Source of the DNA: Escherichia phage Lw1
Direction: 5' to 3' (one strand)
Length of the DNA stretch: 64,000 nt
Sequence record: KC801932
This document shows positions 8,237 to 17,146 of the stretch, piece by piece. The notes under the pieces were generated by a model. That model saw only the letters and a program-made list of their open reading frames with translations. It did no database searches and had not been told where the DNA came from. A program made the translations under genes and the position numbers. The first letter of the stretch is position 1, and every line of letters begins with the position of its first letter.

Positions 8237-9144
8237 TTCAATACCTTTCTGATTTGTTTCGCTATGGCTTCGATCACGGGTATTGAAACTGAATTTCCCG
8301 CTTGACGATATGCCTGTTTTTTACTATCCGGTATGATAAATGAATCAGGGAATCCCTGCAAACGAAAACACTCACGGGGAGTAAGTCTTCTGGGGTTCTT
8401 TCCTTCCTGCAACACCAGACATTGAACGCCGTCCTTGTAATACTGCTGGGTTATCGTCCCAGTGTGCGTAGAATCGCTTGTGACGGCCTGATAACCAAAC
8501 CCCTTACCATTCGCCTTGTTTCGTTCCTTACGCTCTCTAAAGCCTTTCCACGCGTTATCTGATAGGGTGTATGAATCATCAGCATCTTCGAGGATATCGC
8601 CCACTCTCGTAGGGGTACGCGGAGGAACAGGAAACGAAAAGAATACATCATCCAGGAAGCAAACAATAAACACACGTTCACGTCTTTGTGGTAGTCCGAA
8701 ATCTTTTGTATTCAGTCGTTGATAGAATACGTTATATCCTTCGGCCTCCAGAAGCCCGTAAATCGTTTTAAACGTCTTCCCCTTGTCATGGGTTAGTAGT
8801 TCAGGCACGTTCTCAAAGAACAGCACACGGGGCTTTTTAGCGCGTATGATGCGGAGTATTTCAAAGAACACAGTACCGCGAACATCATCGAACCCCAGTT
8901 TTAATCCTGCTTTACTGAATGCCTGACACGGGAACCCAGCCAACAGGATATCGTGATCAGGTACTTCGGTTTCTTTTATCTGGAACAGATCTCCCTGTAG
9001 GTTATCATTGCCCCAGTTTTCGATATATGTTTGCTGTGCGAACTTGTCGATTTCAGACGTTAAAAGGCATTCGACACCGCCGAACGCCTTATCAAATCCT
9101 AATCGAACCCCGCCCACACCAGCACAGAGGTCAATTATTTTCAT
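8233..9144 (-). CDS. DNA (cytosine-5)-methyltransferase, Dcm-like
   Basis: all canonical C5-MTase motifs in order: I DLCAGVGG, IV GFPCQAFS, VI FENVPEL, VIII QRRERVF, IX RLTPRECFRLQGFPDSF, X GNSVSIPV. Confidence 0.9.
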   Translation of the reverse strand: MKIIDLCAGVGGVRLGFDKAFGGVECLLTSEIDKFAQQTYIENWGNDNLQGDLFQIKETEVPDHDILLAGFPCQAFSKAGLKLGFDDVRGTVFFEILRIIRAKKPRVLFFENVPELLTHDKGKTFKTIYGLLEAEGYNVFYQRLNTKDFGLPQRRERVFIVCFLDDVFFSFPVPPRTPTRVGDILEDADDSYTLSDNAWKGFRERKERNKANGKGFGYQAVTSDSTHTGTITQQYYKDGVQCLVLQEGKNPRRLTPRECFRLQGFPDSFIIPDSKKQAYRQAGNSVSIPVIEAIAKQIRKVLK

Positions 9145-9401
9145 ACGTCAAAATCAATCTCGTCAATTTTGTATGAGTTTTCGTCAATGTCCGCCCATAG
9201 GGTTACATTGACGTGTTTACTATCTTCGTACAGATTACGCCCGTTCATCCCGCCCGTGTAATTGCTTTCGGTACGTTCAGTAACTTCCAGTCGGAGGCTA
9301 TCGCGCATGATCTGAACAACAGCCTGTTCCAGCGTAACCGCGTCTGGGTTTTTGGTATCGCCCAGTACAACGTCTTTAACGTTCAAAATAACATCAGTCA
9401 T
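9141..9401 (-). CDS. hypothetical protein (86 aa)
   Basis: ORF. Confidence 0.45.
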   Translation of the reverse strand: MTDVILNVKDVVLGDTKNPDAVTLEQAVVQIMRDSLRLEVTERTESNYTGGMNGRNLYEDSKHVNVTLWADIDENSYKIDEIDFDV

Positions 9402-9685
9402 TAGTAAAATTTCCCATAGGTGTTGAAATTTACGTGCGTCGGGCTTGCTTCTTCAACACGAATTTCATAATCATAATCCTCATTTGTTACGGAACGATCA
9501 TGTTTGATGACATCAACGATATATACCCGGAAGAATGCATGATACAGCGCATCGCGGATCTTTTCAGCAAGTACCGGAGGCTCACTATACAGGTTAATCA
9601 TATCGGAAACAATATCCTCTACGCGAGGAATATCGCGTTTATCAATATAACCAGTATATAAATTTACTTCTTTCATTAATGCCAC
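9401..9685 (-). CDS. hypothetical protein (94 aa)
   Basis: ORF. Confidence 0.45.
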   Translation of the reverse strand: MALMKEVNLYTGYIDKRDIPRVEDIVSDMINLYSEPPVLAEKIRDALYHAFFRVYIVDVIKHDRSVTNEDYDYEIRVEEASPTHVNFNTYGKFY

Positions 9686-9921
9686 TCCGTTTCGATACCG
9701 TATTTGTATGCGTCAATCCCCAGAGGGGTGATCAACAGACACATATCAGTATTTTCGTTTGGCGACTTAAACGCCGCAGTTGCGTAACCTTTTTCAATCA
9801 GGGCATTACGCCCTGATTTACTGGGTACGTCATCGAAATCCAATGTTAACACCTGTGATGCATATCTGTAAAGTTTATACAGCACGTCAATTTCAGCACC
9901 GGATAATTTCGGGAATGTCAT
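9676..9921 (-). CDS. hypothetical protein (81 aa)
   Basis: ORF. Confidence 0.45.
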   Translation of the reverse strand: MTFPKLSGAEIDVLYKLYRYASQVLTLDFDDVPSKSGRNALIEKGYATAAFKSPNENTDMCLLITPLGIDAYKYGIETEWH

Positions 9922-10916
9922 TTGTAGTACCCCACAACGTGATCGCGATAAACGCGTTCGATAAAGTCGTTCCAGAACTCGCGATCAACCTCTTTCGGAT
10001 AATTAGAGACTGCTGCAAGGCGTTCGACTTCACCCATGATTTCTTCCAGCTTTTCCTGGACAAAAGTGAAAGGTTTCGTTCCGGCTTTAACTTCTTTTAA
10101 AAGCTGGCTCTCTTCCAGAGGATATACGATATCACCATGTTTGTAAATGCTGATAAGCTGTAAGCCTCCGCGCAATGCGTGAGAAAGTGCTTTCCAGTCG
10201 ATCCCGTTGTTGGCTTCTGCCTGTCTTGCTCGTTCACCATATTCGTCCCAGAGTTTATACACTGACTTTTTCATTTCAGCTACGGTGATCGTAGACTGGA
10301 ATTTGCGCCCCAGCACTTCATAGAAGTCCTGACAACCGGATTTCAGGGTTTTGTCTGTAGTGAATCGACAGAACTCATTGGTCGGGAATGTGTGAGAGAC
10401 TTCACCAACTTTGATGTGATGTGTTGCGTCACCCAGATTAGACGGCATACGAACAATGCGGCTATTTGGTGTATCCTGCAACACATCGTATACTTCACGC
10501 AGTGCAGCCAGGCGAGAACCTTTAACGCCATACTTCGCCGCTTGCTTACGAACATAACCAAACAGGCCAGTTAGTTCCGTAGTGTAGAAACGTGAACGGT
10601 TAGCGCGGATATACTGCCAGATTTCGGAGTTAGCGATCATCTTACTATCATCAGCATGAAGCATATCGAGCGCTACGGTATCACCATCACACGCAAGGCT
10701 AATGAACTTAGGCAGACTATACAACTGACGGTCGATGTCGTCTACGGTGTTCTTAGAGCTTTTATCGCCCGTGCTCGTGTCGATAGTCTTCGGGGCTTTA
10801 CCCAGTAAGATATCGCGTGGATGCGGGAGAAAGATCCCTTTATAATCTTTGTCGCTTGTCGGGGTGTTCAGTCCATACAGGTGAGAACCGAACACAGTTT
10901 CCATTACAATTTTCAT
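9918..10916 (-). CDS. Pol-beta superfamily nucleotidyltransferase (332 aa)
   Basis: N-terminal GS-x9-[DE]h[DE] signature FGSHLYGLNTPTSDKDYKGIF with third acidic residue about 60 aa downstream (ALDMLHADD); helical C-terminal half. Confidence 0.55.
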   Translation of the reverse strand: MKIVMETVFGSHLYGLNTPTSDKDYKGIFLPHPRDILLGKAPKTIDTSTGDKSSKNTVDDIDRQLYSLPKFISLACDGDTVALDMLHADDSKMIANSEIWQYIRANRSRFYTTELTGLFGYVRKQAAKYGVKGSRLAALREVYDVLQDTPNSRIVRMPSNLGDATHHIKVGEVSHTFPTNEFCRFTTDKTLKSGCQDFYEVLGRKFQSTITVAEMKKSVYKLWDEYGERARQAEANNGIDWKALSHALRGGLQLISIYKHGDIVYPLEESQLLKEVKAGTKPFTFVQEKLEEIMGEVERLAAVSNYPKEVDREFWNDFIERVYRDHVVGYYK

Positions 10917-11311
10917 AGTTCAATACCTAATGTTTTTGCGATATCTTTCAGTTGAAATGTAGCGATTTCGGGAACAACAACATAATGAGTACCGAACTCT
11001 TTTCGTATTTTTTCGCACAGTTCAGTACGATACTGAATTTCATTGTATACAGTTTCGCTGCGATACATATAAAATCCACCCCATCCACCACCAGAACCCG
11101 AAGTCAACCCGCACTTACGATCGACTTTCTCAACGTTCCAGTCTTTCGCGTCAGCATCTTTGTTGGTGGATGCGTACAAGTATTGACGAGCAACCTTGAT
11201 TACGTGAAACACGCGAGGATTTTCGACTCTGCGATTATTGTAATTTCTTGTACCCGGATCGTAAATGGTATCACCCACTTTCACATCAGTTAAATCTTTC
11301 AAATTATTCAT
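10913..11311 (-). CDS. hypothetical protein (132 aa, Gly-rich GSGGGWGG)
   Basis: ORF; overlaps neighbours by 4 nt. Confidence 0.45.
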   Translation of the reverse strand: MNNLKDLTDVKVGDTIYDPGTRNYNNRRVENPRVFHVIKVARQYLYASTNKDADAKDWNVEKVDRKCGLTSGSGGGWGGFYMYRSETVYNEIQYRTELCEKIRKEFGTHYVVVPEIATFQLKDIAKTLGIEL

Positions 11312-11559
11312 TTCATTTTCCAGCAGTTTTTCTTTTCACAGTAGAATAACGGGAGTTTAGACAGCACCGGAGTAACCACATCTTCGCCCGTTTTCGTATT
11401 ATGTGTCAGTTCAACAGTCAACGACTGACCAGAAGCAGATTTCACAATATCCAGTTCTAGGATCTCACGATTACCCTTTGTATTGATTTCCGCAACATAG
11501 TAATCATGCCCGTTGATATCGACAACATCGCCCATCAGAATGCTTCTGGTATGTTTCAT
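11308..11559 (-). CDS. hypothetical protein (83 aa)
   Basis: ORF. Confidence 0.45.
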   Translation of the reverse strand: MKHTRSILMGDVVDINGHDYYVAEINTKGNREILELDIVKSASGQSLTVELTHNTKTGEDVVTPVLSKLPLFYCEKKNCWKMK

Positions 11560-12131
11560 TTGAATGTCACCTTCGTATACAGCGAGGACATCAAAGAACG
11601 GTCAACACCGTCAATAACAATCATACCCTGGTACGCGTCTTTGTCTTTGCGGGAGTACATACGGCACAGCAGCGAACCATCTTTTGCGATGTATTCAACC
11701 TGGTATGTGCGACGTTCTGTTTTCAGAATATCACCAATAGCAACCGGACGTTCTACCTTTTCACGAGTATTGAGCGCGAACGATAATACATTGTCACCAT
11801 CACAAACGACCGCTGTATCTTTCGCGGATACATCGCGACTGTCAATGCTATGGATGCTCACGGAATAAACACTATCGGAAATCAACATATGTGCATCACC
11901 GGAACCTACTTTAGCGATGATAGTTGATGCGGTCTTAGTACGCGTATCGGAAGCAAACACATACACAGTAATCGGTACACCACTTTGAGTGTCTTTCGCA
12001 ACAGATTGAACAGTGAACGATTCTTTTAACCCACGAGATCGTGAGTGATTGATATAAACACTATCACCAGGGATCAGAGCGCGACGGACAACTTTGGTTT
12101 CTTCGGTTTTAATAAATGCAGTTTTGTTCAT
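11556..12131 (-). CDS. hypothetical protein (191 aa)
   Basis: ORF. Confidence 0.45.
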   Translation of the reverse strand: MNKTAFIKTEETKVVRRALIPGDSVYINHSRSRGLKESFTVQSVAKDTQSGVPITVYVFASDTRTKTASTIIAKVGSGDAHMLISDSVYSVSIHSIDSRDVSAKDTAVVCDGDNVLSFALNTREKVERPVAIGDILKTERRTYQVEYIAKDGSLLCRMYSRKDKDAYQGMIVIDGVDRSLMSSLYTKVTFK

Positions 12132-12397
12132 AATGATTTCCTCTCAAATTCTTCATCAGATTTCCAGTACACGTTAAAGTTACGGCAATCATGATCAGAA
12201 GTCAACGTATATTTTTCACTTGTTTTTTCATCGGTGATAACCATCGTTTCATTTTCGATAGAGTCAACACCATACACAAACACTTTATCACCGCGCGTAT
12301 TCAGGAACGCGTCACCTTCTTCAATCAACTGCCAACAGTTCACTGGTAAACCGCCCGTGCTTATCGGACGGCTAACAAGACAGTAAGGACGTTTCAT
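12128..12397 (-). CDS. hypothetical protein (89 aa)
   Basis: ORF. Confidence 0.45.
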   Translation of the reverse strand: MKRPYCLVSRPISTGGLPVNCWQLIEEGDAFLNTRGDKVFVYGVDSIENETMVITDEKTSEKYTLTSDHDCRNFNVYWKSDEEFERKSL

Positions 12398-12582
12398 TAA
12401 TCAGCAAGCCTTATGTTATTTGGATCTGGAACGAAAGTATCTTTCTGGGTAATCATGAACACCAGGAAAGCGGCGATTTCAGGATCATCAATAACGTTGA
12501 ACTTGCGTTTGCCTTTCCAGCGTACCGCGATTTTACCATCATCGAGTTTTCTGATTGCTGCAACTTCTGCTTTCTGAGTCAT
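12397..12582 (-). CDS. hypothetical protein (61 aa; start at MTQKAEV)
   Basis: GGAGG RBS before ATG at 12582; upstream extension is read-through of PeSL-like cassette 2. Confidence 0.5.
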   Translation of the reverse strand: MTQKAEVAAIRKLDDGKIAVRWKGKRKFNVIDDPEIAAFLVFMITQKDTFVPDPNNIRLAD

Positions 12583-12593
12583 AATTACCTCCT

Positions 12594-12650
12594 TCGTTTC
12601 GATGCCCCTAATATAACAAAAGCCCTCACGCGAACGCAAGGGCTTTTTTA
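12594..12650 (-). promoter_or_regulatory. PeSL-like cassette 2
   Basis: hairpin aaaagccctcacgcgaacgcaagggctttttt + TGTTATATT + conserved leader. Confidence 0.6.
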
Positions 12651-12750
12651 ATCTTTTTATCGACAGAAAGGACAACTAAACTTATCGCCGCTTCCACCAT
12701 GACGAGGACAGCAAATTTTTTCGATTGGTGTCATTGTTAAAATTTTCATT

Positions 12751-13809
12751 TTAAAGTCCAGTAAACGCAACGATAATCTGATAGTGGTCATCGAAGAACT
12801 CACCACGTTTCTGTTTGACTTCGTGCATAGGCATCCAGAACGCCTCTGCTGCATCGTCAGCGCCTCCCATAATACGGGGCAGACTTCCATCATTGTTAGG
12901 CTCTAACTTGATGTATTGCGCTACAGTCGGTTTTGAGAAGTGTACGGAACGCTTCGGATGGTCGAACAGCATAGAATTGCGGATTGAACCACGGATAACC
13001 TTTTCAGGAACCTTGATCCGAACTTCTTCGAGCAATTCGCGGATCGCACAATCCAGGAACGTTTCATTCGCGTTTTTGTGTCCACCTGGCAGGGCTAATG
13101 CGCCTTTACCTGGTGCAAACTTACGACGAATCACTAACACATGGTTATTACAAACAACCACGCTATCACCAGTACAACAGTTTAACGCGTCGGGGTATGG
13201 GTACGCTTTGAACTTCTCCAGTTCATCTTCCCATTTCTCGAACTCGTAGTACAAGCGCCAGAACGTATCGGTCATCATCCATCCGTTAAGAGAACCCACG
13301 ACAGCAGCAGGAACATAACGGGCGATCTTCTCGTCCCATCCATTTTTATGTAAAAAGATGGTTGGACGCAGGTCGGTAGCAGATAAATCTTTGCCGTCAA
13401 CCTTAACCGGATCAACCGGAACATGAGTCCATCCGAACGCTTTAAGCCAGTACGAATCAGCATCTTTTTCGTAACCGTAGATCGCGATGTTATCGCCTTT
13501 GGTTTCGTCGATTGCTGTACGAACAGAGGTTTTCCATTTTTCTTCATTGTAAAGGTAATCTGGAATCGGCTTGAATTGCACACGGGCTACATCTTCGTAT
13601 TTGAACTCAGACAGTAACCAGCTTGTAATCATACGTTCCCGTTCGGTTGCCGTCAGCGGGTTTAAAACGTTAGGGTAAGCATAAGCTGAACCCAGGAGGA
13701 TATAAACGGTCTTCGACTCTTCCAGTGCTTTACGCACCATTGCCGCGTGACCATTATGGAAGGGTTGGAATCTGCCAATTACGACAGCTTTATCAAATTT
13801 GTATTTCAT
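12751..13809 (-). CDS. bifunctional NMN adenylyltransferase / Nudix hydrolase (NatV/NadM-like)
   Basis: N-terminal (H/T)xGH nucleotidyltransferase motif GRFQPFHNGH; C-terminal Nudix box GGHKNANETFLDCAIRELLEEV; start set at MKYKFDK with GTGGAG RBS. Confidence 0.8.
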   Translation of the reverse strand: MKYKFDKAVVIGRFQPFHNGHAAMVRKALEESKTVYILLGSAYAYPNVLNPLTATERERMITSWLLSEFKYEDVARVQFKPIPDYLYNEEKWKTSVRTAIDETKGDNIAIYGYEKDADSYWLKAFGWTHVPVDPVKVDGKDLSATDLRPTIFLHKNGWDEKIARYVPAAVVGSLNGWMMTDTFWRLYYEFEKWEDELEKFKAYPYPDALNCCTGDSVVVCNNHVLVIRRKFAPGKGALALPGGHKNANETFLDCAIRELLEEVRIKVPEKVIRGSIRNSMLFDHPKRSVHFSKPTVAQYIKLEPNNDGSLPRIMGGADDAAEAFWMPMHEVKQKRGEFFDDHYQIIVAFTGL

Positions 13810-13834
13810 AACGTGCTCCACGTTTAAAGGGTAA

Positions 13835-13933
13835 TCATAAAACAGACGCAATAATCAATACACCAAGCAAACCGCCAATAAAGCCGAAGAATAGCGAAAT
13901 GAAGATAGATAAGATGATCTGTTTTATGTTCAT
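13835..13933 (-). CDS. possible 32-aa hydrophobic peptide
   Basis: ATG..TGA ORF below ORF-track size cut-off; single predicted TM helix; low confidence. Confidence 0.25.
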   Translation of the reverse strand: MNIKQIILSIFISLFFGFIGGLLGVLIIASVL

Positions 13934-13985
13934 TATAGTATTCTCGTTCTAAGAATCAAGCCCCCAGTGCGGGGGCTTTAAAATC

Positions 13986-14912
13986 TTATTTACGGGAATC
14001 GAAAATCACTTTACCAGCGTAATCCGAACCCATGACAGTCTGAGGTACACCACCTTTATAACGGGTAGAGTAGTTCATCTGTACATCCAGTTCTTTCCAG
14101 CGGATCATTTCTGGGGTAATTGTGCGTTGCAGTACGGCGTTAGCCTCCGCTTCTTTCTTCGCTGCGTACAGTTTAGCATCAGCATCACGTTCGTTGGCAA
14201 TCGCATCGTTTTCACGCGCCTGACGATTTGCTTCCGCTTGTTTTACCTGTTGCTGTGAAGTCTGTTCGACTTTTGCCAGTTCCGCACGAGCGGCGTTAAC
14301 CTGTTCTTCACGAATTTTCGTGTTAGTTACCTGTTCCATGATAACATCCGGCAGGGTGATATCCTGCAAGAATACCTGTTTCACGGTGTAACCGTAAGGA
14401 CGCGCATACTCTTCGACTTCCTGTTGAATTGCGGTCTGCAACTGGTTCTGGATCTTAGCATCAAACAGATCCTGTGCTTTTGGAACCGATTTGCCGAACT
14501 CGCGAACGGTTGACAGCAGTTTTTCGGTTACATACTTATCCAGTGCCTGTTCCTGGTCTCCCGCGTTGATGCGGTTGATAGGCGCTTTGTTACCGTCAAA
14601 TTGCAGCATAACGGTCATATCAACAGTGGATTTAAACTTATCCTGTGAAGGAACCTGCAATTTATCGAACTTCTTCGCAATGTCTTTCGTGCTGAAAGTA
14701 TCGAAATCAGCCAGCGGGTTTACGATATGGAAACCAGGCAGTACAGGTTTCGGAGAAACCTTACCCATGAAGGTCTGAGTTTTGACCGTGCCGTCCTGTA
14801 CTACTGTAAAGGAGTTCGGAACCAGCCACAGTGCGGCTACTACGCCCAGAGCGATCAGAGTGGTTTTCTTCGGGTTGTTCAGGATAGTATTCATATTCAT
14901 AGTATGTCTCAT
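13986..14912 (-). CDS. SPFH/band-7 (prohibitin-like) domain membrane protein
   Basis: N-terminal TM helix LIALGVVAALWLV, then SPFH-like core and long Ala/Gln/Glu-rich coiled-coil tail. Confidence 0.55.
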   Translation of the reverse strand: MRHTMNMNTILNNPKKTTLIALGVVAALWLVPNSFTVVQDGTVKTQTFMGKVSPKPVLPGFHIVNPLADFDTFSTKDIAKKFDKLQVPSQDKFKSTVDMTVMLQFDGNKAPINRINAGDQEQALDKYVTEKLLSTVREFGKSVPKAQDLFDAKIQNQLQTAIQQEVEEYARPYGYTVKQVFLQDITLPDVIMEQVTNTKIREEQVNAARAELAKVEQTSQQQVKQAEANRQARENDAIANERDADAKLYAAKKEAEANAVLQRTITPEMIRWKELDVQMNYSTRYKGGVPQTVMGSDYAGKVIFDSRK

Positions 14913-14976
14913 TTAAGTTTATGTTTCAATTCGATAGTTATTCTATCATCACCATTCAGCTTGTCAAATACTTTTT

Positions 14977-15360
14977 TTAAGAAAGTTTTGTCAGCTTGTA
15001 AATCGTTTGATAGCACAAGCCTTTTATCTCGTCCAGGATGTTCTTCAATGAACTATCAACTGCGTCGTAGATTTCTTCGGCTTCGGCGGCTATTTTACGG
15101 AGATACGCTACCGTGTCAAGCACATTTTCAACTTTTAATACGGGTTTGTACCTTCCGGTAATGCCTATATGGATTTCGGTGAACTTATCGACCAGATCCT
15201 GCATATCTTCGTAAAACCCTTCATATGCTTTATGCTGTGAGTATGAACCAGTCGCAAAGTGTGCGCTGTGCATATACGTAACAGACATTAGGCATGTGCC
15301 GATAAAGGCATCGATCTTACTTGTGGTATCGCGTTCTGTAATTTCGTTAAACGTCTGCAT
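14977..15360 (-). CDS. hypothetical protein (127 aa)
   Basis: ORF. Confidence 0.45.
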   Translation of the reverse strand: MQTFNEITERDTTSKIDAFIGTCLMSVTYMHSAHFATGSYSQHKAYEGFYEDMQDLVDKFTEIHIGITGRYKPVLKVENVLDTVAYLRKIAAEAEEIYDAVDSSLKNILDEIKGLCYQTIYKLTKLS

Positions 15361-15370
15361 CTTTCATCCC

Positions 15371-15652
15371 TTATGAACGATGAATAGAAGCGAATTCAGT
15401 TGCTACCCTAAGCCCTAAGCGTTTGCATTCAGGTTCAGATTTACACTGTTTCTGCTGCCATTTTCGTTCCATATAATTATAGAAAAGTTCACTTGTATTT
15501 ACGCTGGGAGGGATGGTGTCTAGATACACCTGTAGCGCTGCATTGATGTAGTAGTCGAATTCTTTCGGTACGACTGAATCATCTGCGTGTGATGCTGGAG
15601 ACAAGATTAACAAACCAAACATCAGCGCTTTGGATATGCGTTTAATGTTCAT
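15371..15652 (-). CDS. small secreted protein (signal peptide MNIKRISKALMFGLLILSPASHA)
   Basis: signal peptide with AxA cleavage motif; TATAAATA on minus strand at 15713-15720. Confidence 0.5.
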   Translation of the reverse strand: MNIKRISKALMFGLLILSPASHADDSVVPKEFDYYINAALQVYLDTIPPSVNTSELFYNYMERKWQQKQCKSEPECKRLGLRVATEFASIHRS

Positions 15653-15760
15653 AAGCAATTTCTCTACGTGCTTACGGATCACCAATAGACCCGTTCCTGT
15701 ATATATTTATAGCAAAAAAGGGGCAATAAGCCCCCTTATGTTAAATCGATATAAAAATAA

Positions 15761-16153
15761 TCAGGTTATGTCATACCAGCATAAGCTACGCTCATATGCG
15801 CGGATCTTGTTGGCGTTTTCGATGTTTTCATCCCACCCAATTACACCAGCTTTCATCCGGCGCAATTCCTGACGCATCTTTTCACGAACTTTTGAATCTA
15901 TGCGCTTCTTTGCAATTTCGAGCATAACGGAAATGTCACCATGTGCTTTGTTACCGTCGCGGTTCACGTTCTTATCAAACCGGATATATGCGCAACCTGA
16001 TTTGTGTTTCCAATTGGTTGTATACCAACGTAAACCATCAGGGCTTTCCCCGTGTTGTGCATAATACTGTGAAAATGCTTTTGTCTCTTCGATCTGTTCG
16101 ATAGAGGACTTATCACGGGCTGGAACATATTTGTTACGGTAAGTACGGCTCAT
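15761..16153 (-). CDS. hypothetical protein (130 aa)
   Basis: ORF followed by hairpin + T6 terminator at 15722-15745. Confidence 0.45.
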   Translation of the reverse strand: MSRTYRNKYVPARDKSSIEQIEETKAFSQYYAQHGESPDGLRWYTTNWKHKSGCAYIRFDKNVNRDGNKAHGDISVMLEIAKKRIDSKVREKMRQELRRMKAGVIGWDENIENANKIRAYERSLCWYDIT

Positions 16154-16183
16154 AATGACTCTCCTTTGTTGTCTGATTACACC

Positions 16184-16768
16184 TTAACAGTTCACACCGA
16201 CTTTATCAAGCACCTTTTCATGATAATGCTTGCGACACAACGAAACGTATTTGTCTTCGGCTCCGATTTCGACTTGCGCCCCTTCTGTTACGAAGTTGCC
16301 TTGTGCGTCGATACGGGCGACCGTAGTTGCTTTACGTCCACAGTGACACATTCCCCTCAGTTCGCGGATCTCGTCAGCCCAGGCAAGCAACCAGTAAGAA
16401 CCCTCGAACAGATTCAACTGAAAGTCGGTACGCAACCCGTAGCACATCACAGGAATTTCGAGTTCATCGACAATACGACACAGATCGAAAACGTTTTTCT
16501 TCGAGAGGAATTGCGCTTCATCAACGAAGATACAAGAGATATTATTCCGGCGCAGGATATCCCAGAACAGATCCATTCTGGGTGCAATCAGTTCACAATT
16601 TGCACTTAGCCCAACACGAGAAGCAACAGTGTGTGATGTGCGAGTATCAAGCATAGGCTTGTAGATCACAACGTTCATACCGCGTTCTTTGTAGTTGTAT
16701 GCGTCTGTTAACAGACGCGCACTTTTGCCAGCGTTCATTGATGCGTAGTGATAATACAGTTTAGCCAT
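16184..16768 (-). CDS. tk: thymidine kinase
   Basis: P-loop YASMNAGKSARLL, FVDEAQF, C-terminal zinc ribbon CHCG..C..H; collinear with recalled T4 Tk. Confidence 0.9.
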   Translation of the reverse strand: MAKLYYHYASMNAGKSARLLTDAYNYKERGMNVVIYKPMLDTRTSHTVASRVGLSANCELIAPRMDLFWDILRRNNISCIFVDEAQFLSKKNVFDLCRIVDELEIPVMCYGLRTDFQLNLFEGSYWLLAWADEIRELRGMCHCGRKATTVARIDAQGNFVTEGAQVEIGAEDKYVSLCRKHYHEKVLDKVGVNC

Positions 16769-16973
16769 GTTTAGCCCGTTCCTCTGCTACTGCATCAAAC
16801 ACCGCGTCTTCAACTTCTTTTTCGACGAATGAAATGATTTCATCAACCATGCGATCGATGTATAATTGGTTGACATTGCGCGAATCTGGATCATCTTCTG
16901 CTGCATAATCCTGGTAAAGTTCTCCCAGTTCTTTCAGCTTGTGTTTTAACACTTTTTCTTCTTGAACTCTCAT
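16761..16973 (-). CDS. hypothetical protein (70 aa)
   Basis: ORF overlapping tk start. Confidence 0.45.
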   Translation of the reverse strand: MRVQEEKVLKHKLKELGELYQDYAAEDDPDSRNVNQLYIDRMVDEIISFVEKEVEDAVFDAVAEERAKHG

Positions 16974-17146
16974 TCTCTCGCCTCTTTACGTTCTTTATCG
17001 ATTAAGTCATCAACGAAACTGACAATATCATCCCACCAGTCCAATGCTTCCTGTGATGCTTTCGCGTCACCTTCGAGGAAACGATCGCGGGACTTTACGA
17101 AGTTCTCTACTTTCTTATAGAGTTTTTCTTTATCTGCGTTGATCAT
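16970..17146 (-). CDS. hypothetical small protein (58 aa)
   Basis: ORF below track cut-off; ATGA overlaps at both ends couple it to neighbours. Confidence 0.35.
   Translation of the reverse strand: MINADKEKLYKKVENFVKSRDRFLEGDAKASQEALDWWDDIVSFVDDLIDKERKEARE

Noticed and set aside
12582-12675. Apparent conserved N-terminal peptide (..FCYIRG(I/V)ETKEVIM) shared by ORFs 12397-12675 and 34251-34493
   Set aside because: The similarity is the nucleotide-conserved PeSL-like cassette translated in frame, not a protein motif; true starts are the downstream ATGs with RBS
12815-13617. Plus-strand ORFs 12815-13249 and 13423-13617, and minus ORFs 12657-12893 and 13275-13583
   Set aside because: Antisense or alternative-frame ORFs inside the well-supported NMNAT/Nudix gene
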